Made by a program: the position numbers and the translations under genes. Of a DNA stretch of 32,000 bases, positions 27,001 to 32,000 are shown piece by piece. The notes below the pieces were generated by a model that saw nothing but the letters and a program-made list of their open reading frames with translations, did not search any database and was not told the DNA's origin. Location of the stretch: the NCBI RefSeq assembly GCF_000092105.1, contig NC_014148.1:2580001-2612000 (forward strand), written 5' to 3'. Numbering within the stretch: the stretch's first letter is position 1; the number at the start of each line of letters is the position of its first letter. Source of the DNA: Planctopirus limnophila DSM 3776. Lineage in GTDB: Bacteria > Planctomycetota > Planctomycetia > Planctomycetales > Planctomycetaceae.

Positions 27001-28642
27001 CGTCGTGCTGCCATTCGTCCGTAACTGATATCGGCGCGAACAGAAGTTGCTGTTCGCTCATTTTGGCCGTCAAGGCATCGATCACCTTGTTCCAGCGAGG
27101 TTCGCCACCAAGATTCGTCCTCAAGTTCTGTTGTTTGCGATCCCAATACCGATCGTACAATTCATTGACTGTGTTGAAGCCACGGGTCGGATCACCCTGC
27201 AAGAACAGCAGAAGATGAAACGGAGTGCCCAGGATTTCAAGCTGTTGTTGATTGAGCTTCACTTCTCCATGTCCTGCCAAACCCAGTGAGGCATGGACCT
27301 CAGCTTCGGTAAGCCTTGAAAGCGGAATTTTGGAGAACCCCGATTTGGAATTATCCAAGGTTCGCAAACGATGGTCATGTTCAAGATCAAACTCACGACA
27401 TGCCAGAATCATTTTCATCTGTGGATAGTTTTTGACGTCCTCACATAGATCACGAAACACCTCCCACATTTGGGGATTACGTCCCGAGACGAGACTCATT
27501 GCATCCAGCTGATCAATAAGTAAGACACTCGGAGCGTTATCCGCTATTCCCGCAAGGACGACTGCCGGGGATGCGCGCAGATCCATCTGCTCGCCGAGTT
27601 GGCTCGCAGTATGGCAGGGTGTGAACAAGTCCATCCTCAAACACAGATGTGGCATGTTGCTCGTCGAGAGTTGCGCTATGCACTGAGCCAAAACACAGCT
27701 CTTTCCAAATCCACCCGGTGCGACCAGCAATACTCCGCGCGATTCCGCCCCTGTGATCGTGTCGATTATTTGCCCGACAACATCACGAGTTATCTGTGCG
27801 GAGTTGATGAGTTCGGTTTCCGTGACCGAGAGATAGCGGCGATTTGCCGCGGTGACCGCATCATTGATCGTGGTGTCCAATTTCCAATTCTGAACTCCAA
27901 TTCCCTTCTCGTAAAAAAACGAACGAAGCCGGTCTCTGTCGATTTTTGGACCAAGGTTCTCAAGAATGAACTCTACGATCATTCGACGGACATCGTCGGC
28001 ATCTAGACGTGAACCGTCTGTGCGGTTGAAGAGTCCATCGATTCGTCGCTTCACGGAGCGTGTCAAGTCCTTGTGGCCGCGTGGAATGACTTCAAGCGTT
28101 TTCAGCGCCGCGAATGCGGAGTTAGGATCTCCGGCACAGATCGGAACGATTCGCGCATCAAACTCTGATCGGAGTTTCCCCGTCAAAATGTTCCTGAATT
28201 CATCAACATTTGTTGGCGTCTTCGCACGCTCCTCCAGTTCGCGAAGTTCGTTCGCACCAGTTGCGGATACGAATCGTGTTTCGGCGTTTGGCCACTGAAT
28301 CCGCTTGGTAAGTAGATCTCCAAGAATGCTTCTGCCGGTGTTCTTGTCTTGTCGACACAGATCGGCAACGGACCAATCCCCGCCTTGCTTCTGGCGTTTC
28401 ACAGAATGGAATTGGAACGCGCCATCATTCGTTTCGAGGTGGAATTCCACGCCGACCGATTCGTCGCCGAATGGCTCCACAGTGATCGACTTAAATCGGC
28501 CCTCAAATAGGTCAAGAACAGCGTCAACGGTCCAGACCGCTTCATAGTGATCACCTAGTTTTGCAGCTTCACCGGCGAGTCGAGGCATTGGAAAACCTAA
28601 ACTATAAGGCAAGTTGAAGAAGTTTCGTTGTCCAGTCGTCAT
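24008..28642 (-). CDS. NLR-like STAND (NACHT-type) NTPase with N-terminal PD-(D/E)xK (Cap4/DUF4297-like) nuclease-like domain and C-terminal HEAT/ARM-like repeats
   Basis: 1544-aa ORF. The N-terminus reads GDHYEAVWTVDAVLDLFEG...ITVEPFGDESVGVEFHLE...FQFHSVKRQK, with E56/D60...K82 as a tentative nuclease core. The Walker A is VAPGGFGKS (aa 307-315, nt 27698-27724) and the Walker B is VLLIDQLD (aa 373-380). The sensor-1-like motif is MILACREFD. The winged-helix motif typical of NACHT/STAND proteins is YRFFHESFFDYAFA (aa 566-579). The C-terminal 950 aa or so are helical, with HEAT-like units (DPIISVRTCAIDTFLPLL, ADESEDVRQEVSSAFFNM). Confidence 0.7.
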   Translation of the reverse strand: MTTGQRNFFNLPYSLGFPMPRLAGEAAKLGDHYEAVWTVDAVLDLFEGRFKSITVEPFGDESVGVEFHLETNDGAFQFHSVKRQKQGGDWSVADLCRQDKNTGRSILGDLLTKRIQWPNAETRFVSATGANELRELEERAKTPTNVDEFRNILTGKLRSEFDARIVPICAGDPNSAFAALKTLEVIPRGHKDLTRSVKRRIDGLFNRTDGSRLDADDVRRMIVEFILENLGPKIDRDRLRSFFYEKGIGVQNWKLDTTINDAVTAANRRYLSVTETELINSAQITRDVVGQIIDTITGAESRGVLLVAPGGFGKSCVLAQCIAQLSTSNMPHLCLRMDLFTPCHTASQLGEQMDLRASPAVVLAGIADNAPSVLLIDQLDAMSLVSGRNPQMWEVFRDLCEDVKNYPQMKMILACREFDLEHDHRLRTLDNSKSGFSKIPLSRLTEAEVHASLGLAGHGEVKLNQQQLEILGTPFHLLLFLQGDPTRGFNTVNELYDRYWDRKQQNLRTNLGGEPRWNKVIDALTAKMSEQQLLFAPISVTDEWQHDARAMASEHVLIEVPNKRHYRFFHESFFDYAFARRFCASGQSVIELLESSEQHLFRRAQVRQILAFRREEDFSQYINDIRSILESPTIRFHIKRMVASGFKQVGQPSREEWQLLEAYVLDGDLSRYVSAALRDHIGWFNLLDSLHVFKNWLASDDSRFNNAAIWFLESHHLHDYRSAEIARLIRPYVTRDGDWRQRIQRIMSWGQAHKSDEMAAIYLELIEKGDYDDYESRVSGGDFWSQHYNAENESPRFVIDVLATWFDRAVQQFDDGVTWNFLDKCRLNHSHTGAIMVGKAAADEPEYFVERMLHRVRATVLETEVRGAGILNNRAWPWLSNNGDPFDINDSVLISLRKSLQHLALHKVDAFRRHVATIETHSHQTFGYLLLRSWAENPEEFANDCAEYFVADQRRLNIGYGSWSGGGDGTGESAISRIALKAISPKCSSELFQQLESQIIGLCDEYEKKTPRWRGSSELLLLRSLDRLRVSNRVALRIEELERKFPRLSDAIVKEDNTSFVSRVGPPIEQASAEKMTDDQWVSAMRKYDGKTDRFGGGPEELSRLLEEFTRKERTRFASLVTKMPVDVHPLYFSAILNGLFGRFGNLSEEEKKVDNEQISAFPTEMFLTVVYRVHDLPNRPCGSAISNCIRRLSARSLPLRALEIVCYYATKDPDPCTDIWQDTGDGKNYYGGDPHSHGINSVRGQAAEALSSLLFNDYTRFNSLRPTLELLTQDPIISVRTCAIDTFLPLLNFDRDTAVELFLRNCRQSKDICATYPFDNFIYYAIYSHYTQLRELLRYALYCHNSKAVENVARRIVVAELQGVAIGTDGDDIRSGSVTMRKAAADVYARNLSEEVVGNKCAERLEEFLADESEDVRQEVSSAFFNMSGERLLQLEDFIARFVESRCFESDPYRLLHALNQSRVQLPHIICRAAERILEFLGEDGTHVASRGAMSASEISTLIVRQNEQATDDAIKKWCLNLIDEMERVGFLGIGEELSKVDR

Positions 28643-28664
28643 CTACCAAACCACGAAGATTGTG

Positions 28665-28775
28665 TTATTGGCATGTAAAACCTGACCACGAGTAAATACG
28701 ATTTTTAACAAGAATTACCTCATGATTCACTGTCTTCATTAGCAACTGCGCAGATTTTGAATAGGCAGCAGACAT
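28665..28775 (-). CDS. possible 36-aa leader/partner micro-ORF upstream of the large NTPase gene
   Basis: Hand translation gives MSAAYSKSAQLLMKTVNHEVILVKNRIYSWSGFTCQ*. A strong Shine-Dalgarno (GGAGGT) lies 6 nt upstream of the ATG at 28775. The ORF ends 22 nt before the 1544-aa gene's start. Confidence 0.3.
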   Translation of the reverse strand: MSAAYSKSAQLLMKTVNHEVILVKNRIYSWSGFTCQ

Positions 28776-28870
28776 CAATTACCTCCAACCGCCTGGAAAC
28801 GTGCAATCACTTTCTTTCGACCTTTCTCCTAAGCTGACTATTCAGACAATCCGTCCCTGGTCACCCTCGG

Positions 28871-28907
28871 CCCAAGCGTCGGGCACACCCAAATGTGCCA
28901 GCTTGGG
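28871..28907. repeat. two-tier hairpin
   Basis: CCCAAGC (28871-28877) pairs with GCTTGGG (28901-28907). These enclose GGCACA (28882-28887) paired with TGTGCC (28894-28899). Confidence 0.5.
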
Positions 28908-28921
28908 TTGAGGCGTTTTAC

Positions 28922-29026
28922 GCTCGCTGACCCGTCTTGCCTTCGTGTTGCGGTTCGCGGCAGCGAGGAGTGTAGCGTACGCGGAACGAGCGAGCGGGAG
29001 CGAACCGCAACGCGAGCTGAGCGAGC
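28922..29026. repeat. nested palindrome / cruciform-capable element upstream of the RHH-Rep module (candidate replication origin or recombination site)
   Basis: GTTGCGGTTCGC (28947-28958) and GCGAACCGCAAC (29000-29011) are a perfect 12-bp inverted repeat, extendable to 15 bp with one T-G pair. At its centre sits the 8-bp palindrome GCGTACGC (28975-28982). Outer arms are GCTCGCT (28922-28928) and AGCGAGC (29020-29026). Confidence 0.55.
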
Positions 29027-29038
29027 AACAAATCGTTA

Positions 29039-29096
29039 TTGACATCGTCACATATGACGGTACTATTTCCGTCACACTGTTCGTCACACGTTGACA
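29039..29096 (+). promoter_or_regulatory. candidate promoter with repeated CGTCACA sites upstream of the RHH gene
   Basis: TTGACA (29039-29044), a 16-nt spacer and TACTAT (29061-29066) form a sigma70-like promoter. CGTCACA occurs three times (29046, 29070, 29082; spacing 24 and 12 nt). The first copy is part of the inverted repeat CGTCA-CATA-TGACG (29046-29059). Confidence 0.35.
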
Positions 29097-29106
29097 AGGG
29101 CAACCC

Positions 29107-29517
29107 ATGGCAAAGAAGCAATCCGCAATGACTCCCCCCAAACCAGCGAGTAGCCCAGAAGCAAGCGGCAAGGCTCGCGTGGAACTCCGATTCGACGCCG
29201 ACGTCCTCGAAAAGATCAGGAAACTGTCAGAAGACGCTCAAATCAGTGTGAATCAACTGATGCACGGATTGGCCCGTTGGGCCACAGAAAATGTTCATCC
29301 TGGCGAACCCTACTTCATTCCAGGCAATAAGTTTGTCCAAGTCAAACGGCAACCTGGTGTTGTCTGGGCAGGCAAAGATAACTTCTTGCCGTCTGAAGAG
29401 GAGAAGCAGGAATACCTCGCGATGACAAACGGAGAATCGAGCCTAGAAGACAAAGAAGGGGAAGTTTACTTCATTCTCGATTTCACAGAGCGTCGAGTGG
29501 TTCGCGAGGATTTTTAA
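29107..29517 (+). CDS. ribbon-helix-helix (CopG/Arc-like) DNA-binding protein with extra C-terminal domain
   Basis: RVELRFDADVLEKIRKLSEDAQISVNQLMHGLARWA has the beta-strand/helix/helix pattern of RHH regulators. The remaining 80 aa have no motif I recognise. Confidence 0.55.
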   Translation: MAKKQSAMTPPKPASSPEASGKARVELRFDADVLEKIRKLSEDAQISVNQLMHGLARWATENVHPGEPYFIPGNKFVQVKRQPGVVWAGKDNFLPSEEEKQEYLAMTNGESSLEDKEGEVYFILDFTERRVVREDF

Positions 29518-29577
29518 GCCTTACTGCGTTCAAAAGCCTTGGTCTTCATCACAACACTTTTTGGAGCATTTAGCGTC

Positions 29578-30873
29578 ATGGATGACGAAACTGAATTTGA
29601 GAATGATTCTCTGACGATGGCAGCAGGTGCGGCCTCAAGTAACACGCACCTGCAAACTAGCCAACCTGTTGAATCCATATCAGGAATTGTCGCTATCGAT
29701 TGGTGGGAAGTTGGAGCCTGTGCCCTTTGGAGCACGAGTTCAAAGTCAGCCTGCGGAAAGTTTTTTCCGAAGCTGGAGGAACTGAGAGCCGCATCTCAAG
29801 ACACCAAGCAACCTCAGTTCATCCAGATTGGCAATAACGTCTGGCAAGTGATGGCCAAAGGGCGGGGCGGTGGCAAAGGAGCCTACTATCGTTACCAGCT
29901 GAGCTGTGAAGGAATTTCTGTCGCCCTGGGTGCCCAAGGCGGACAGTCACGACTTTTTTCCAATTTTGCTTACACAATACCTGGCGAGGCATGCCTGCTT
30001 CTGGGTGTTCCTGAATCCGAAAAACGAATCCAAGATGTTCTGACATATTTCGGTGGAACATTCACCGATCGATGGATCCGAAGAATCGATCTGTGCCTCG
30101 ATACACTGTATCCAGATCTCTGCCTGACCTTCTGCAAACTCCTTTTAAGTGGATACTATGTTGGATCAACTCGCGACTACGCTCTTTATCGATCCGCGGG
30201 CAACACTTCTGGATTTGGAACCACTTCATCCAGTGGCATTCAGATTCGTGTTTATGACAAACTCACAGAGTTATCGAAGAAATCCGAAGCGTATCAACTC
30301 GAGATGTATGCCAATCGCTGGGGCGGTGAGATTCCCTCCAGTGCTACGAGGATTGAGTACCAAATCAGAAAGGAATACCTCGCCCTATTCGGCATCAAGA
30401 CACTGGACGAAGCCGTCAAACGACTGCCAGACATCATTCGCCGAGTGACTCAGTTTGAACCAAATCCTCACTTTGGATTCACAACTTCGGTTCCTGATCG
30501 GGCCAATAATCATCAATCACGTGCCACCATTCACCCTTTGTGGGCGGCCGTTATCCACAAATTTCAACAATTTGCAGGGACTTCCCAAACCCCTCTCAAG
30601 CGAGTCGACCGAGGAAATCTCAATAATCGCAGAGCTCATCAAATGATCTCCGGCTTCCTAACAACTTCAGCAGCCAAAAGCGGCTACCCAATCAAGAATC
30701 TAAGCGATGCTCAGAATTGGTTGAAGGAACTCTCTGAACGGAACAACTTCACCGATACCGATTGGAAACTCAAAGGCGAAATGAAAGCGAAGTCGGAGAA
30801 TCAATCCATGGATTCTCACCGTTACCAGTCAAACTGGGAAGTCGATCGGGAGGATGTCGATGGACCACGATAA
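29578..30873 (+). CDS. rolling-circle replication initiator (Rep_trans / replication initiation factor-like)
   Basis: VAIDWWEV, WIRRIDLCLD, GIQIRVYDKLTEL and ATRIEYQIRKEYL fit the conserved blocks of the Rep_trans family as I remember them (IDWL.FT, R.DLA.D, R.YDK, R.E.E.R). Start taken as the ATG at 29578; the track's TTG is at 29539. Confidence 0.55.
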   Translation: MDDETEFENDSLTMAAGAASSNTHLQTSQPVESISGIVAIDWWEVGACALWSTSSKSACGKFFPKLEELRAASQDTKQPQFIQIGNNVWQVMAKGRGGGKGAYYRYQLSCEGISVALGAQGGQSRLFSNFAYTIPGEACLLLGVPESEKRIQDVLTYFGGTFTDRWIRRIDLCLDTLYPDLCLTFCKLLLSGYYVGSTRDYALYRSAGNTSGFGTTSSSGIQIRVYDKLTELSKKSEAYQLEMYANRWGGEIPSSATRIEYQIRKEYLALFGIKTLDEAVKRLPDIIRRVTQFEPNPHFGFTTSVPDRANNHQSRATIHPLWAAVIHKFQQFAGTSQTPLKRVDRGNLNNRRAHQMISGFLTTSAAKSGYPIKNLSDAQNWLKELSERNNFTDTDWKLKGEMKAKSENQSMDSHRYQSNWEVDREDVDGPR

Positions 30874-31078
30874 TTATTCCAATCTCAAGCTCATCACCGC
30901 AGAAGAACTGGCTAATATGCTGGCGATTTCACAGCGGACTCTCAGGAGACTTGTCTCTGAGGGAAAAGTTCTTCCAGCCATTCGTATCGGGAAATCAGTC
31001 CGTTGGATTCTTCGAGATGTTCTCGCCTGGGTGGAGCAGGGCTGCCCCAATCGAAGATCATCCAATCCCATGAAGTGA
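30854..31078 (+). CDS. excisionase / AlpA-type helix-turn-helix protein
   Basis: LITAEELANMLAISQRTLRRLVSEGKVLPAIRIGKSVRWILRDVLAWVEQG is the canonical HTH_17/excisionase pattern. The gene overlaps the Rep gene's end by 20 nt and sits directly upstream of the integrase. Confidence 0.75.
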   Translation: MSMDHDNYSNLKLITAEELANMLAISQRTLRRLVSEGKVLPAIRIGKSVRWILRDVLAWVEQGCPNRRSSNPMK

Positions 31079-31085
31079 GTCGAGC

Positions 31086-32000
31086 ATGGCCAGTCTCTTC
31101 AAACCCACATATACCCGAAAGAATCCGAAAACTGGCGAGCGTGAACTCGTCAAATCCAAGAAGTGGTACGGGCAATATCAGGATGCCCATGGGCAGCGTG
31201 TTCGCGTGCCGTTGTCGACCGACAAAGCCGCCGCGAATGCCATGCTCAATGAGCGTGTCAAACGGGTTCAAAGAGGCGAAGCAGGGCTCTGTGACCCATT
31301 TGAAGATTCCCGGCGACTACCGATCATCGAGCACCTCGAAGCCTTCATTCAATCACTCGAAGTGAAGCGTGTTTCCTCGAAACATCTGGAAGTCTCGCGA
31401 GCACGTCTCACCAAGATCTTCACCGAATGCAAATTCCACTCCTGGGATGACCTGAGCCACGGGAAATTCAATCACTGGCTGCTGGAGCTGCGCAAAAGGG
31501 GAGTGTCTGCCCGCACTGGTAACTACTATCTCCAAGTCTTGCGGCAGTTCTGCAACTGGATAAAACGCGATGGCCGCGCCCCTTCCAATCCGTTCGAGTT
31601 CGCCGAACCAGTTCGCGTGCTCGATGGCGAGACAACTCGGCCTCGTCGCTCAGCAACTCCTGGTGAGATCGAGCGACTGATCACAGCCACCCGCACTGGC
31701 AAAGACTTCGGCGTTCCTGCGGAAGATCGTGCGATGCTTTACCTGGTGGCCTATGCGACTGGTTTACGAGCTTCTGAGCTCGCCAGTCTGACTTGCCACA
31801 GCTTCGACCTAGGCAACTCTTCTCCATCTGTCACAGTCGAAGCCGGTTATTCAAAGCGACGACGAAGGGATGTCTTGCCGCTCCCATCGTTCGCCGTTGA
31901 AAAACTCATGGGTTGGCTGGCCGTCAAACGATCTGTGAACCCTGCAATAAAACTTTGGCCTGGGCGATGGCCGAACAAAGCCGCATTGATGCTTTCGCGT
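31086..32000 (+). CDS. tyrosine recombinase / phage-type integrase (3' end beyond window)
   Basis: Absent from the ORF track because no stop occurs. My hand translation from the ATG at 31086 is open for 305 codons to nt 32000. The SAM-like N-domain reads HWLLELRKRGVSARTGNYYLQVLRQFCNW. Catalytic box I reads LVAYATGLRASELASL. Confidence 0.85.
   Translation, partial: MASLFKPTYTRKNPKTGERELVKSKKWYGQYQDAHGQRVRVPLSTDKAAANAMLNERVKRVQRGEAGLCDPFEDSRRLPIIEHLEAFIQSLEVKRVSSKHLEVSRARLTKIFTECKFHSWDDLSHGKFNHWLLELRKRGVSARTGNYYLQVLRQFCNWIKRDGRAPSNPFEFAEPVRVLDGETTRPRRSATPGEIERLITATRTGKDFGVPAEDRAMLYLVAYATGLRASELASLTCHSFDLGNSSPSVTVEAGYSKRRRRDVLPLPSFAVEKLMGWLAVKRSVNPAIKLWPGRWPNKAALMLSR

Larger units (their letters stand above)
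23066..32000. mobile_element. tRNA-Cys-associated integrative element (partial; right end beyond window) with RHH-Rep-Xis-Int module and one large defence-like cargo gene
   Basis: The left border is the tRNA 3' fragment. The right part carries an integrase (31086 to beyond 32000), an excisionase-type HTH gene, a rolling-circle Rep and an RHH gene. Hand-counted 60-nt lines inside the cargo region give 37-47% GC, against 52-62% in core lines. Confidence 0.65.

Noticed and set aside
25236-28547. Plus-strand ORFs of 60-143 aa inside the 1544-aa gene (25236..25667, 25816..26163, 27599..28006, 27966..28298 and others)
   Set aside because: They are antisense to a continuous 4.6-kb ORF with coherent domain motifs and have no motifs of their own.
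29091-29096. Second TTGACA as a -35 box for the RHH gene
   Set aside because: It lies only 10 nt upstream of the ATG at 29107, too close to act as a -35 element for that gene. It may just be part of the repeat-rich region.
28842-29171. 109-aa minus-strand ORF upstream of the NLR-like gene
   Set aside because: It spans the nested palindrome and the promoter/repeat region and overlaps the start of the RHH gene. Its sequence is low in complexity (Ala/Arg/Leu from GC-rich repeats), so the DNA structure explains the region better.
1-32000. CRISPR arrays, rRNA genes, IS elements with terminal inverted repeats or transposases, and riboswitch-like leaders
   Set aside because: I saw no regularly spaced direct repeats, no rRNA-like stretches and no transposase-like ORF. 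I recognised no riboswitch consensus in the intergenic regions I read. Detection by eye is limited, so covariance-model scans would be needed to exclude small RNAs.

Overview
All functional calls come from motifs read by eye in the supplied translations and my own hand translations; no homology or structure search was run. The window reads as a bacterial chromosome segment, possibly Planctomycetota/PVC-like (inference only), in three parts. (1) About nt 1-21.8 kb is ordinary core genome. It holds a secreted alpha/beta hydrolase, an MqnA/MqnD-family menaquinone gene and a group II truncated hemoglobin. A minus-strand block carries a TroABCD/YtgABCD-type metal ABC transporter followed by xseB and an mnmE-like gene. 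After that come a bestrophin-like channel, a nitroreductase, a PfkB sugar kinase, an SPFH/zinc-ribbon/membrane-protein triad, glpK and two divergent terpene-cyclase-like repeat proteins. (2) About nt 21.98-22.9 kb is a decayed restriction-modification-like locus: a 42-codon stub keeping only motif I of a C5 DNA methyltransferase, next to an intact HNH endonuclease gene. (3) From nt 23066 to the window end is an apparent integrative element. Its left end is a 46-nt 3' fragment of tRNA-Cys(GCA) followed by a terminator-like hairpin. Its right part carries an RHH regulator, a rolling-circle Rep, an excisionase-type HTH protein and a tyrosine integrase that runs off the window. The main cargo is one AT-richer 1544-aa gene with three parts: an N-terminal PD-(D/E)xK (Cap4/DUF4297-like) nuclease-like domain, a NACHT/STAND-type P-loop NTPase, and about 950 aa of HEAT/ARM-like helical repeats. 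This NLR-like candidate anti-phage sensor is the best candidate for a novel system here. The second most notable point is that both permeases of the metal transporter carry C-terminal DtxR-type repressor domains.
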